Below are positions 1-10,945 of a stretch of DNA of 64,000 nt, piece after piece (positions within the stretch are counted from its first letter, which is position 1; each line of letters begins with the position of its first letter). This DNA comes from an uncultured candidate division Zixibacteria bacterium (GTDB taxonomy: Bacteria; Zixibacteria; MSB-5A5; UBA10806): the NCBI GenBank assembly GCA_963801605.1, contig CAWDFP010000007.1:167885-231884 (forward strand), read 5' to 3'. The notes below the pieces were generated by a model, which was given only the letters and a program-made list of their open reading frames with translations, made no database searches and was not told where the DNA came from. A program made the translations under genes and the position numbers.

Positions 1-147
1 ATTGCGTGCGCGGCATAAGTCCCGAGGCTGTGCCTGTTTTGGATTTTGTATGTGTTTAGATGGAGCCAACGGGAGCTTCTCTTATTTCCGCACTCTCGTC
101 CCCTTTTATACTCAGCACTCAGCACTTTTAACTCAGCACTGATTAAA

Positions 148-220
148 TACCCCCAGGCCGACTTGAACGGCCGCACACGGCTCCGGAGGCCGCTGCTCTA
201 TCCAACTGAGCTATGGGGGC
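148..220 (-). tRNA. tRNA-Arg (anticodon CCG)
   Basis: Minus-strand cloverleaf: acceptor GCCCCCA/TGGGGGT, D-arm GCTC-AGTTGGATA-GAGC, anticodon stem-loop GCGGC-CTCCGGA-GCCGT (CCG), T-arm GGCCG-TTCAAGT-CGGCC, discriminator A. Confidence 0.85.
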
Positions 221-631
221 ATCCGTTTTAACTGCAAACTTCATGCGACCAGCCTTAAAACCGGTCAGGCATGTAGACATAATACGGTCACCAAATATTA
301 TACGCAAATGGTTTCTTGGGGAGTCACCGGTTAGGGGTCGTGAGTGGCCTTCTAAATATAGTGGTTCCAATATCCGATTGATAGATTGTATCTGAATTAT
401 TATAGGAGTTGTCATTATCCAGGCAAAAGGCTATGCCAGAGAAGACAAATTCGGCGGCTAAAAAGTCGATACTCTACTTCAGATTCCTCCTGTAAAGTCG
501 TATTTTCATTTCAGATGGATGATATTAAAATGTGGGCGGTATTGCTTGGAGAAAATCAATTGGCTAGCGGAACTAGAAAGAACCGTAGATGTTATCTTAA
601 TAATTATTATCGTGGCTGTAACTGCGGATAC

Positions 632-669
632 AAAATAAAAAAAACCGGCTTATCTTTCGACAAGCCGGG
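632..669 (-). terminator. Rho-independent terminator downstream of the RRM-protein gene
   Basis: Perfect hairpin ccggcttatctttcgacaagccgg (645-668) preceded on + by an A9 run, which is a T-run on the minus strand; it lies 40 nt after the stop of the 711..1079 gene. Confidence 0.6.
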
Positions 670-710
670 ATAATAAACTATTTTCAGTTTATCTTTGAGG
701 TTGGGTAAGG

Positions 711-1079
711 CTACCAGCGCTCACGATTACGATCGCCACCGCGATCACCACCGCGTCCGCCGCCACGGCCGCCGCCACCACCGTAACCACCGCCGCCACC
801 GCGACGATCGCCACCACCGCCGCCGCCGCTGCGATTTTCGCGCGGACGAGCCTGGTTGACGTTCAACTCACGGCCGTTAAGCTCGCGACCATTGAGTCCG
901 GTAATTGCTGCTTGTGCTTCCTCGTCATTAGCCATTTCAACGAAACCAAAGCCGCGGGAATCGCCGCTATAGTTATCCTTGATAATGCTGACTTTAGAAA
1001 CCTGGCCGAAGCCCTCAAATGCCTGGCGGAGTTCTTCCTCCACCGTTGTCCGGGCAAGATTGCCCACGTAGATGTTCAC
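711..1079 (-). CDS. Glycine-rich RNA-binding protein (RRM domain)
   Basis: RNP-2 'IYVGNL' and RNP-1 'RGFGFVEM' motifs; C-terminal RGG/Gly-rich tail (GGGGGGDRRGGGGGYGGGGGRGG). Confidence 0.85.
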   Translation of the reverse strand: MNIYVGNLARTTVEEELRQAFEGFGQVSKVSIIKDNYSGDSRGFGFVEMANDEEAQAAITGLNGRELNGRELNVNQARPRENRSGGGGGGDRRGGGGGYGGGGGRGGGRGGDRGGDRNRERW

Positions 1080-1270
1080 TCAGAACACTCCTTGTTTTGT
1101 TTATCTTCCAACGCTCGTTCTTTCGAAGCCCCTGCCGAAAAGATAAACGATTTTACTGTGCGCACCATTGCGCCATGTCTCCAGCGACATTTCCAAGAAC
1201 GAACCACTCTTGAGAAAATAAACTAAGGAGAACCATGCTAAGAGAAAATTAACTAAATGTCCATTTTGTG

Positions 1271-1891
1271 TCAAGCTTTATTTTGCCCCTTCTGCATGAT
1301 ACAGATCAACGCCTTAGGCGCCGGGTGCAAGGTCCCTTTGAAGCTTGACTCCGTAATTGAATGAATCTTAAACAGAGGCTCAAATAGCCCTGTTATCTCA
1401 TCCGGTTTGAAACGATAAGGACCCGGCCCGGGCGGTTCCTTGAAACTAAAGCATTTCAAAAACAGATAGCCCCTCGCCTTTATCAAATTGTGCACTATGC
1501 GGACATATTTGGCCCGTTTGGCGGGATCGATGATGTGGAAACAGCCCCGATCGATTACCAGATTAAATTTCGCATTCAGATGATTATTAAGAATATTGGC
1601 CCTTATAAACTTGACTTTGGCCCCATCCTCTTTGGCCCGCTCGGTTGCCTTGGACACTGCCGTTTCAGATATATCTATACCGGTTACCTTGAATCCCCGT
1701 TTAGCCAGGTCGATGGCCTGCGTACCCGGCCCGGAGCCGATATCAAGCACATTTCCCTTAGTGATTTTATGCCCGGAAAGGGCATATTCGATATCCTGAT
1801 CGAGTTTGGGATTAAACCACGGCATCTCCTCAACCTCGAGATCGCGGTAAACCTCATCCCACTCAGTAATAGTATGCGTAAATCTTCTCAT
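1271..1891 (-). CDS. Class I SAM-dependent methyltransferase
   Basis: Motif I 'VLDIGSGPGTQAIDLAKRGFKVTGIDISE' in a Rossmann-fold MTase; 206 aa. Confidence 0.7.
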   Translation of the reverse strand: MRRFTHTITEWDEVYRDLEVEEMPWFNPKLDQDIEYALSGHKITKGNVLDIGSGPGTQAIDLAKRGFKVTGIDISETAVSKATERAKEDGAKVKFIRANILNNHLNAKFNLVIDRGCFHIIDPAKRAKYVRIVHNLIKARGYLFLKCFSFKEPPGPGPYRFKPDEITGLFEPLFKIHSITESSFKGTLHPAPKALICIMQKGQNKA

Positions 1892-1992
1892 TCTATTGCC
1901 TCCGTTGGGCTATAAAACTGAGGGGCTGAGAGAATGGTTCCGATTCTGAAAATTGATTTAGCGACGATGAGGTTATCAAGTAATCAACTCGA

Positions 1993-2931
1993 TTACCCCA
2001 GCTTCTTCCCTATTCGTTCCCAGCGGATATGATGATTGTGGGAATCCCAGGAGAAGTGAATAAATTTGGCTCGTCCCACCAAAAGCTTGGAATCGAGTAA
2101 GCCCCAGTAGCGGGAATCATATGAGTTATCGCGGTTATCGCCCATAACAAAGAATTGGCCGGATGGGACGGTAAGTTCTGGCATATTATCGCGACTGCCG
2201 GTAGATTCCCAATAAGAGCCCTCAGCGCTTTTCTTCCAGCTTCCGTCAAAGGTGTGAGGCAAGATTTGAGTTGAATCGGACGGTTCAGCCTCGGGTGGAA
2301 GCGGCACGAGGCTATCATTGACGAAAAGGTGCTTATCGACGATCTTAATCCGATCTCCTCCGATAGCGACCAATCGTTTGATATAGCTCTGGCTGTGATC
2401 CGGCGGGAATTTAAAGATAATGATGTCGCCGCGATGGAGATCATTAGCATTTATTCCTTTGGCGGCTGTAAGATAATCGTCAGGCAAAAGCGTATTGGCC
2501 ATACTGCCTGAAGGGACTTTATAGGATTGATATATAAATGCTTTGGTAATTAAGCTTTCAGCAATTCCCAAAACTAATAAGCCAATAATAATACTAAGAA
2601 TCCAGCGTTTGGCATTCGGGAGACGAGGATAATCGACCCGATTAGCTTTCCGAATATAATTAATATTGTAGATTAAGAGTAAAATATAGATTATAAGAGA
2701 AATTGTAATAGCCAAAAGCATCGATAAAAATGATAGCCCTGCAATAATATTAAATGGAATATCGATCAACTCCAGGATTATTATCAGAATGATACCGCCT
2801 TTAAGATTGCCGGCATATATCAGCGGCAGGCCGGGGCTAAATAGACTTAATAGCACCGTTACCCAAATCTTTCGTTTATATGGCTGGGGAGGCGGAGTTG
2901 CGATCAATTCCTGGCTGGGTTCATTTTCCAT
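1993..2931 (-). CDS. lepB: Signal peptidase I
   Basis: Catalytic Ser box 'PSGSMANTL', Lys box 'YIKRLVAIGGDRI' and 'FVMGDNRDNSYDSRYWG'; N-terminal TM segments. Confidence 0.85.
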   Translation of the reverse strand: MENEPSQELIATPPPQPYKRKIWVTVLLSLFSPGLPLIYAGNLKGGIILIIILELIDIPFNIIAGLSFLSMLLAITISLIIYILLLIYNINYIRKANRVDYPRLPNAKRWILSIIIGLLVLGIAESLITKAFIYQSYKVPSGSMANTLLPDDYLTAAKGINANDLHRGDIIIFKFPPDHSQSYIKRLVAIGGDRIKIVDKHLFVNDSLVPLPPEAEPSDSTQILPHTFDGSWKKSAEGSYWESTGSRDNMPELTVPSGQFFVMGDNRDNSYDSRYWGLLDSKLLVGRAKFIHFSWDSHNHHIRWERIGKKLG

Positions 2932-3059
2932 TTTAATCCTTGGATGAGTTGATTTTTTCTATTTAATTAAATCGTATTATATTCAAATGAAAATGGCAAG
3001 ACATTTTGAACGTCCTTTAGTATTGACATATTTAGTTTAGAATATTAAATCTCCTGTGG

Positions 3060-3506
3060 ATGAAGAAATTTATCGGAGTTATAGGCAGCTCGGAGCCATC
3101 GAAAGAAGCATATCAATTAGCCTATAAGGTTGGGGAGTTGATCGCCGAAGCTAACGCGGTTTTGGTTTGCGGTGGAATGAAAGGCGTAACTGAAGCCGCC
3201 TGCAAAGGCGCTAAATCAAAGGGCGGAACAACAATCGGAATTCTGCCCGGCTTGGATGCATCCGAGGCCAATTTGTGGGTCGATTACCCGATTGTAACCG
3301 GCCTGGGGCATGGCCGCAATATGCTGATTATCAATACGGCCCAGGCCCTGGTGGCGATTTCGGGCGGTCCTGGCACGCTATCGGAGATAGGTTTTGGGCT
3401 GGCATCGGGTAAGAAAGTCTATGGGCTGCAAACCTGGGATATAAAAGGAGTGGTAAGCTGCGAAACGCCTGAAATCGCGGTTTCTAACGCTTTGATAAAC
3501 AAATAG
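3060..3506 (+). CDS. TIGR00725/LOG-family Rossmann-fold protein
   Basis: 'IGVIGSS...VLVCGGMKGVTEAAC...ISGGPGTLSEI' is the typical TIGR00725 (SLOG) signature; 148 aa. Confidence 0.6.
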   Translation: MKKFIGVIGSSEPSKEAYQLAYKVGELIAEANAVLVCGGMKGVTEAACKGAKSKGGTTIGILPGLDASEANLWVDYPIVTGLGHGRNMLIINTAQALVAISGGPGTLSEIGFGLASGKKVYGLQTWDIKGVVSCETPEIAVSNALINK

Positions 3507-3791
3507 ATGAGCGTAGCGCTTAAAGCAATACATGTAAACGTTTCCGGCGTTGTTCAGGGAGTCGGTTTCCGATGGTTCGTTAAGCAGGTCGCTGATCGCT
3601 GGGGCGTTAAGGGTTATGTCAAGAACCTCTATGACGGTTCAGTCGAAGCCTACGCCGAAGGAGACGATTTCGCATTGAAGGGGTTTCTCGATGAGGTCAA
3701 ACTGGGACCGCATCATGCGCATGTATCGGGAGTGAATTTTAGTTGGATGGAATATCAAGGGAACTATAAGGAGTTCAGGATTGAATTATGA
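3507..3791 (+). CDS. acyP: Acylphosphatase
   Basis: '[14 protein letters not shown]' and '[17 protein letters not shown]' are the two acylphosphatase signature motifs; 94 aa. Confidence 0.8.
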   Translation: MSVALKAIHVNVSGVVQGVGFRWFVKQVADRWGVKGYVKNLYDGSVEAYAEGDDFALKGFLDEVKLGPHHAHVSGVNFSWMEYQGNYKEFRIEL

Positions 3792-4319
3792 CTACAGATG
3801 AACTGAAAAGCAAAATCAGAAACGTGCCGGATTTCCCAATCAAGGGAGTTATGTTTCGCGATATTACCACCCTTATCCAGGATAAGGCGACTTTCAAGTA
3901 TGTTGTCGATCAGCTCTATGAGCGTTACCGCGATAAAAAGATCGATCAGATCGTAGGAATCGAATCACGAGGCTTTATTTTCGGAGGAGCGTTGGCGCAC
4001 AGGCTGGGATGCGGCTTTGTGCCCGCCAGGAAGCCCGGAAAGCTGCCCAGCAAGACTATCGAGGAATCGTACGAACTCGAATACGGACGAACATCACTTA
4101 CAATTACACACCGACTCAATTAAAAAGGGCGACCGAGTCGTAATTCTCGATGATCTATTGGCCACCGGCGGTACCCTGCGCGCCACCGCTAATATGATCG
4201 AGAGATTGGGCGGGACTATCGTTGAGATTGCGGTGGTTATAGAATTATCATTTCTCAAAGGACGAGACAAGCTGACAAACTACAGCCTTTACGCGATGCT
4301 TGATTACGAATCGGAATAG
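3788..4319 (+). CDS. apt: Adenine phosphoribosyltransferase, interrupted by a 1-nt frameshift near 4085-4087
   Basis: ORF 3788..4123 carries '[12 protein letters not shown]...[10 protein letters not shown]...ARKPGKLP'; ORF 4017..4319 carries the PRPP motif '[13 protein letters not shown]'. The two frames meet at 'EYG|TDEHHL' in a GG run (one G apparently missing). Confidence 0.8.
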
Positions 4320-4434
4320 CTTAGAAGCATATCATCTTGCGGCTGGATCAATGAATTCAGCCGCTTTTATTTTGGGATTAAAAATTCCGGCCTCGAAAGA
4401 TGCCGGTTAATAAATGTAATTTATTTTCCCAAAT

Positions 4435-4515
<81 letters not shown>

Positions 4516-4706
4516 GTCATTTATCAGTCAGTAGAGCTGACGTGATTTGCACCTGTTTTGGTTATCAGGCATCACCAAAATACCATTGTGACCGGAAAAG
4601 TCAATATCAATTTGGCTAATCCAAACGGCAAAAACGATATTTTCATTGTAAAATAAAACCGGGGTCCTGGCTGAACCCCGGCAAGAATTATCGCTATTTC
4701 AAAGAA

Positions 4707-6063
4707 TTAGAAATTCATTCCTGCGGAAACGAGCAACTGGCTGTAATCGAACTTGTTTTCAATAGTCGTTTCGGTTGAACTAGTGATTACAGTATTGTAT
4801 TTGCTGTTGCCAAACTGATAGGACAGATCAATCCAGGCCTTTTGGAAATGCAATCCGCTGCCAAACGAAATGATATTCGTATTAATCTGATTCCCATATT
4901 TGGTATCGCTAACCACGCCGGAATCGCTCAGGGTGTATGATATTACTTCTTTGGCTGTAAGCGGGTTATTGCGGAAACCTACTCGCAGAGGAATACTGGC
5001 AAAACCGGCGCTCACCATGTATTCCGCGCCAATTCTAAATTGATTAAGGTTTTCCCACTTCGGATCGATATTGAGATCCTGAATAGATAACATTTCATAA
5101 TCAACCGTAATGCTGGAACTTGACATCGGCCTGGAATCAAAATCAAAAGCTACCGTAAGTTTATCTATCGGCTTGGCGGCTACCCCAAATGAAAATGAGA
5201 AGGGGATACTAATCTTTTCAGTATAACGATCAACTGTACCAATAGGAGTTGGTGGAATAGCAATCAACAAAGTTCTTTTAACGGTTTGTTTGAGGTCATA
5301 CGGCGTATGAACAACCACTCCGCCTTTAAACATGTTGAACTGGCCGGCAAGACCCAGGTCGAAATTGACTCCGGAATAATGCGAGTTAAAATTATAGTCT
5401 AAATCTACAGTGTCGGAATAAGTGTTGCCGGGAATGCGGTAATCGTAGCTTTTAGCATAGGTGCGGCTGCTTTCGCCACCGCGGATATAATCATTAGCAA
5501 CCACTCCGATACTCAAGTTCTCATTGACCTTACCGCTGATACCCACGGAAACCGCGTCAATTCCTTCATTCTCTACAAAATTGTCTCCCAAATTACCCGG
5601 AACATCGAACTTAAAAGTGAGGTCTTGAACATTACGAAAACCGCCGCCGGCAGCCCATTGCCGGTCCATGAAGGTAAAAGGAACCACGACACCGCTAAAT
5701 CCGAGCGATGAATGATTGCGCTTAATTTCAACACCGCTAATTTCGACTTGGTTAGTGAGCAATGAATATCTTGAGTAGCCGGTATTAAATTTATCGGCTG
5801 CGGAATTTAGCTGTAATCCGATCGCGGGTTTTTCGGCGTAAATCATCCCGGCCGGATTCCATGGAAAATGAATACTCTCCCTCGGATAGCCCAAGGAAAG
5901 CACCACCCATCCCAGCAGCGCGAGCTCCGCCGCCCATAGTGTTAAATGCCATATAATCCTGGAAATAATTATCGTGATTACCGGGATACTGCGCCAAAGC
6001 CAGGCCTGATAACATTACGACAATAATCGCGGCTAACAATAAAACAAAAGAGCTTTTCATCAT
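4707..6063 (-). CDS. FadL/PorV-like outer-membrane beta-barrel protein, frameshifted near 5879-5881
   Basis: Signal peptide 'MMKSSFVLLLAAIIVVMLSGLALAQ' plus 'GARAAGMGGAFLGLSEGE' in ORF 5791..6129; it continues as 'SIHFPWNPAGM...' in ORF 4707..5906 and ends with the C-terminal Phe typical of OM barrels. The frames join in a CCC/GGG run. Confidence 0.65.
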
Positions 6064-6475
6064 TCCTCCGAAGTTCGTTATTTGCCTAACCGCCATCGTG
6101 AAATAAATTTCACGAATCAGATCTCTCATTTTTTTGTGCGATGGGACAATACACCCGCATCCGCCCTCACTGGTGAATACCGTGCAGACGGAATAATATT
6201 CCCCAAAAGCTCCAAGAATCTAAAATTTATAGCGTATATTTGCAAGCTAAATTTTTAAGGAAAACGGATAAAATTCGAATATTCCAAAACCGATATTGAG
6301 ATTAAATGTCAATGCTAATCACTAAACCGCTCAATAGCGCTAATGAGGACAATAATGATAATATTATTATTCGGCAGATTCGCCGCTAATTGCAGGCGAT
6401 TACGGGTCAGTATTTTATTAACTGGTGATGTCTCTTACTCAGCACTCAGGACTCATCACTCAGTCCTGATTAAAT

Positions 6476-6549
6476 ACCCCCGGCCCGATTTGAACGGGCG
6501 ACCTGCGGTTTAGGAAACCGTCGCTCTATCCACCTGAGCTACGGGGGCA
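6476..6549 (-). tRNA. tRNA-Arg (anticodon CCT)
   Basis: Minus-strand cloverleaf: acceptor GCCCCCG/CGGGGGT, D-arm GCTC-AGGTGGATA-GAGC, anticodon loop TTCCTAA (CCT), T-arm GCCCG-TTCAAAT-CGGGC. Confidence 0.85.
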
Positions 6550-6701
6550 TTATATCGCATAATAAGATTACACTAAACGATAAGCAAACGCTTTTTATAG
6601 AAATGAAATAACGATCGATACCATTAAATCGATTTGATTATAAGATTCAAAATAGATATTTCTCGGTCTGATGATATCTTTAGTTGCGAGTAAATACCGG
6701 C

Positions 6702-7177
6702 TCAGACTTCTATGATCTCGCCCCAGGGATCATCGTCGAGATGCAAAATGCCGTAGGTATTGACTACCCTCACGACCATCCCGCAGGCTGCCCGGATTAA
6801 AATAGAGAGTACCGTTTTCGCGAACCATATATGGTACGTGGGTATGCCCGAACAAAGCGATATCGACTTTGCCGGCAAACTCCTGCTCTGACCATCTGAA
6901 GCGTTTGCAGTTGGCCGCCCTGGCCGTGAATAAGACCGATTTTTCTTCCGTTGAGCTCTATGATTTTTTTCGATGACAGCCCGCGTCGGACATCGGGCAT
7001 ATCGCAGTTGCCGCGTACGGCTTCCACGGGACACAAGGTATGAAGAAATTCCATGATCTCGAAAGAAACCATATCGCCAAGATGGAAAATGATATCCTCC
7101 CGGTCGACCCTGCGGACGAACGTTTCCGGGAGGATATGGCTTTTAGTTAGATGAGTATCCGAAATAACCCAAATCAC
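6702..7177 (-). pseudogene. YfcE-type metallophosphoesterase, two frameshifts (about 6760 and 6900)
   Basis: N-terminal 'VISDTHL...GDMV...VRGNCD...IGLIHGQ' (ORF 6797..7177); the middle 'FAGKVDIALFGHTHVPYMVRENGTLYFNPGS' is only readable in a third frame; C-terminal 'VNTYGILHLDDDPWGEIIEV' is in ORF 6702..7034. Confidence 0.75.
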
Positions 7178-7306
7178 AGCTTCAGCCTGAAATAGATACC
7201 ACCTATCTTAATTTCTTCTTATGACGGTCTTTGCGTAGACGTTTTTTACGCTTATGCGTTTTAATTTTATGACGTTTCCTCTTTTTTCCGCTCGGCATAG
7301 ACTTTC

Positions 7307-7600
7307 CTAGATTCTTGTCGAAGCTGCGCTCATTACCAGATTCTTGAACTCATTCGACGGTTTAAACACTGGAATTTTCCTGTCGGGAACAGGCACAACA
7401 TCACCCGTACGGGGATTACGGGCTTTACGAGCTTTCCGGGGCTTGATCTTGAAAGTTCCGAAACCCCTGATCTCGATATTGGACCCGCTCTCCAACGCTT
7501 TTTTTACCGCATCTAGAAAGGCATCCACCGTGGCGGCGACATCGGTTCGCGTAAGGCCGGTCTTTTCCGCCACCTGCTCAACCAGATCGGCTTTTGTCAT
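7307..7600 (-). CDS. hup: HU/IHF family DNA-binding protein
   Basis: 'MTKADLVEQVAEKTGLTRTDVAATVDAF...IRGFGTFKIKPRKARKARNPRTGDVV' is a canonical HU fold; 97 aa. Confidence 0.85.
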   Translation of the reverse strand: MTKADLVEQVAEKTGLTRTDVAATVDAFLDAVKKALESGSNIEIRGFGTFKIKPRKARKARNPRTGDVVPVPDRKIPVFKPSNEFKNLVMSAASTRI

Positions 7601-7623
7601 TTACCACCTCCCGTTATTTAATG

Positions 7624-7851
7624 TTAATGATGACATCCACTGCATTGATGACTTGAACAATGACCGCATGATGATGACGAGGCGGTCGAGGATTCATGAC
7701 CGGCGCGGCCGGTCGAGAATCCGAAGGTTGAAAATTTCTTTTTTATTTCAGTCGAATCGCAACCGGGACAAAAATGATTCGATTTCACTTCCCCTGATAA
7801 ACAGTTCGAAATCGTGGCCGCAACTCTGGCATCTGTATTCAAAAATTGGCA
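7624..7851 (-). CDS. FmdB-family zinc-ribbon protein with a Cys/His-rich tail, frameshifted in a C4/G4 run at 7791-7794
   Basis: The ATG at 7851 gives 'MPIFEYRCQSCGHDFEL', the FmdB signature, in one frame. The second knuckle 'CPGCDSTEIKKKFS' and the tail 'CGHCSSHQCSGCHH' lie in the listed 7624..7842 frame. Confidence 0.65.
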   Translation of the reverse strand, partial: CQFLNTDARVAATISNCLSGEVKSNHFCPGCDSTEIKKKFSTFGFSTGRAGHESSTASSSSCGHCSSHQCSGCHH

Positions 7852-7861
7852 TCAGCAATTC

Positions 7862-8760
7862 CTAAAAATTATAGCGATACTCCAATGCCGGCCAGAGGCG
7901 GAAATTCGATTTTATCTGGTCAATCCCCAATTTACCGGTAAGATCGTCAAGAAGACTGTGACTTAATCGTCTTTCCTTAACTACGCGAGGATGATCCCCC
8001 AGACCGCTCATCTCCCCCGCCATGGCGATAGCATCATCAAGAGTGCCAATTTTATCGACTAAGCCGTTACCTTTTGCCTGGCAACCAGTAAATACGGAGC
8101 CGTCGGCCAGGCTTTTTACATTTTCCTTTTCCAGATGGCGACCCTTCGCCACCACATTCACGAATTGATTATAAGTATCATCGATAACAGATTGCAGCAT
8201 ACTTATATCCTCGGGACTCGGCTGCCGCGCAAAATTGCCAACATCTTTCAATTTTCCCGATTTGATAACCTGCATTTGGATACCAACTTTATCCATAAGA
8301 TTGGTAATCACAGGATAGGAAAAGATGACGCCAATCGAACCCGTTAAGGTGCCGGGATTAGCAAAGATAGTATCGGCGGCGCAGGAAACATAATAACCCC
8401 CGGAAGCCGCGACAGACCCCATCGATACGACGATATATTTATTCTTTTCCTTAAATTTTTGGAGCGCTCGCAAGAATCTCCTGCGAAGCTGCCACTCCCC
8501 CGCCAGGGCTATCCACTCTCAAGACAAGTGCCTTTACGGAGTTATCATCAGAATATTTTTTAACCTGCCTGACGATATCATCCGAGGTTTCAATGACGCC
8601 CGTTAATTCGATTAAGGCTACTTTGTTTCCTAATGAGCTGAAAGCCAGATTGGAACTAGAGACTTGAAGATATAATCAGGATGATGCTTAAGCCCGCAAA
8701 AAGGATAAGCGCTCCTCCAATAATAATAAAAATGATTAGTCTGTCCCTGTTCTGCGCCAT
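7862..8760 (-). pseudogene. sppA: Signal peptide peptidase SppA (36K type), two frameshifts (about 8470 and 8650)
   Basis: N-terminal TM 'MAQNRDRLIIFIIIGGALILFAGL' in frame 1; 'GNKVALIELTGVIETSDD...VKALVLRVDSPGGGVAASQEI' in frame 2; catalytic core 'KYIVVSMGSVAASGGYY...TGSIGV' in ORF 7862..8473. Confidence 0.75.
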
Positions 8761-8819
8761 AACAAGTAAAATGAATCTATTTCGAGGGTGGGATAATGTC
8801 AAATGGTTTTTGAGCTTAG

Positions 8820-10917
8820 TTACAAATAAATCTTCAACTTATCGCCGGGAGAGAGCTTGCTTCTGAGGCTGATATTGTTCCATTTGGCGAGATCGCTGAT
8901 CTCAACACCGTGGGCTTTGGCTATTTTCCAAAGAGTGTCACCCCGGCGGACGGTATAAATTTTCTGATCCAACGATTTGTCGGAGTTCTGATTGCGGCTG
9001 GCATATTGAGTACCGCTTGAACTGTTCGATGGAATCTTAAGAGACATACCGACATAGAGTTTATTCGATGAAAGCTGGTTAGCCTCTTTTATAGCGTCCG
9101 CAGATATGTCGTATTTATCTGCTATTTTTGAAAGATTGTCACCTCGTCGGACTTTATAAATCTCATAGGTAATATTGGCGGCTATCACGCTGGCATCCTG
9201 ATTCCGCTCGGGAATTTTCAGCCAGCGGCCGGCATAAACGTTATTCGATGACAGATCGTTGAGACGTTTAAGATCGGAAATACTGACACCATAGGCAGTC
9301 GCGATCTCCCAGAGTGTATCCCCGTTTTTTACCATATATCGGTTGGGATTGTCTTTGATGATAGGATTTGAAACGACATTCGTTTTAGCTTTAGATGATT
9401 TTGCCGAAGCAACTGTGGTTGAAACATCGGCCGGAGCTGATTTTCCGTACTGCAATGGTATTGTCAATATCTGACCGGCATAAAGCCTTTTGCCCCTGGA
9501 AAGGTCATTGGCCTGAAGAACGGTTGATGCCGAAATCCCATATTTTCGGGCCACGGATGCCAGAGTCTCGCCCTTTTTAACTTTATGCTTGGCCCATTTG
9601 ACCGCCTGTTCGGATGCGAGGTCGTTATAGGCTGAGGTAAAGGCTGCGCTGATAGCCCCTGGGAATTCTAAAAGTATAATCGCCGATATCGGGCGGAGTG
9701 ATTCCTCTGAGAAGCTCAGGATTTAGCCTTTCGAGATCGGAAACAGCGATGCCGGTTTTGGTTGAGATATTATTGAATGAGAGGCATTTATTTATTTTGA
9801 CCGTTTCATAATCCAGAGGTTGTTGATAATTGGGGAAGAAACCGTACTTTTGCGGCTGTTTGGCAATAATGGTAGCGGCCATAAAGAGCGGCACATAGGT
9901 TTTGGTCTGTTGAGCCAAATCGAGTTTCCAGAAATTGTTGGTATGAGATCTTTTAATCTCACGGCTGACTCGTCCGGAGCCGGCGTTATATGCGGCCAAC
10001 GCCAGATTCCAATTGCCAAATAGATCGTATAAGTCTTTCAAGTGCGAGGCGGCCGCCTCGGTAGATTTTATAAAATCTCGTCTCTCGTCAAAAAACCAGT
10101 TATGATCCAGTCCATAGAGCTTTCCGGTGGATGATATAAATTGCCAGAAACCTGAGGCTTTAGCATAGGAATAAGCGGAGGCGTTAAATCCGGATTCGAT
10201 CAATGGCAGATAGACGAGGTCGTGAGGCAGGCCCTTATCCTTGAATATCTTTTCCATTAACGGCAGATATACGGCCGAACGTTCCAGATAGGTTGTGAAT
10301 TTATTTCTAGCAACGGTTTGAAGATAGATCAGGGAATTTTCGACCCTTTCATTCCACTCAATGGTAATATCGTATTTGGCGCTATCGGCTTTGTTAAACT
10401 CGTGAACAATCCCGGCTTCTTTGAGATTCTTAAAATTCTTCAAATCGCTGAAAAGCTCGCGGAAGGCCGTGATAGAAGCTTCCGAGGAAAGAGTCCCCGA
10501 GGAAATCAACGATAGACGGTAATCCTCTTCTATCTCGTTAAGGAGCCTTTCCATCCGAGCAGCCTGATCGGGATTTTGATCAGGATCGAGATCAAGTTCG
10601 GAAAGAATTGCCAGTGACTGCTCATAGGCGGCCTGTGCCGAATCGAGTTGGCTAATTTGGAAAAAATGAACACCGACAGCGTAAAAGTTTTCGGCTTTAT
10701 CGAGAGCCTCATTAATATCCGGTCGATCCGCGATGGACTTGGACGAATCGGCTGAAGGGGCCAGGGTATCTGTTAGGGCGCCATTGTTTGTATTATTTCC
10801 AGTTAAGGCGTAGTCGCCCAGGGTTGGTATGGTCCATTGAGGGTCGGGATGGGAACATCCTATGATTAGCGCCGCAAATGCAACGATGGTAAAAATTGTT
10901 ATCTTCGCGGTAGTCAT
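8820..10917 (-). CDS. MltD-like lytic transglycosylase with four C-terminal LysM domains, frameshifted in a C4/G4 run at 9657-9660
   Basis: Lipoprotein signal (IGCS); SLT catalytic motif 'ESGFNASAYSYAKASGFWQF'; four LysM repeats (…GDTLWKIA…) in ORF 8820..9554. Frames join at 'RIPRG|…SAAFTSAY'. Confidence 0.75.
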
Positions 10918-10945
10918 AGCCTTGCCTCTATTAATAGGTTTTAGC

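Noticed and set aside
645-668. Sequence relationship between the terminator hairpin GGCTTATC-TTTCGAC-AAGCC and the 50468-50490 hairpin GCTTATCCCGTC-TTCGAC-GGGACAAGC
   Set aside because: The shared 7-mers could reflect a small repeat family. Two instances with short matches are within chance expectation, so it is not reported as a feature.
3060-3791. TIGR00725 protein and acylphosphatase as one fused gene (they are in the same frame, separated only by a TAG)
   Set aside because: Both are complete stand-alone families of typical length, and the ATG immediately follows the stop. A normal tightly packed gene pair is more likely than a readthrough fusion.
7624-7842. Listed 72-aa ORF 'MNTDARVAATISNC...' as an independent Cys-rich protein
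   Set aside because: Its apparent start is a TTG. The true N-terminus (MPIFEYRCQSCGHDFEL, an FmdB signature) lies in the adjacent frame from the ATG at 7851. The ORF is the frameshifted remainder of fmdB.
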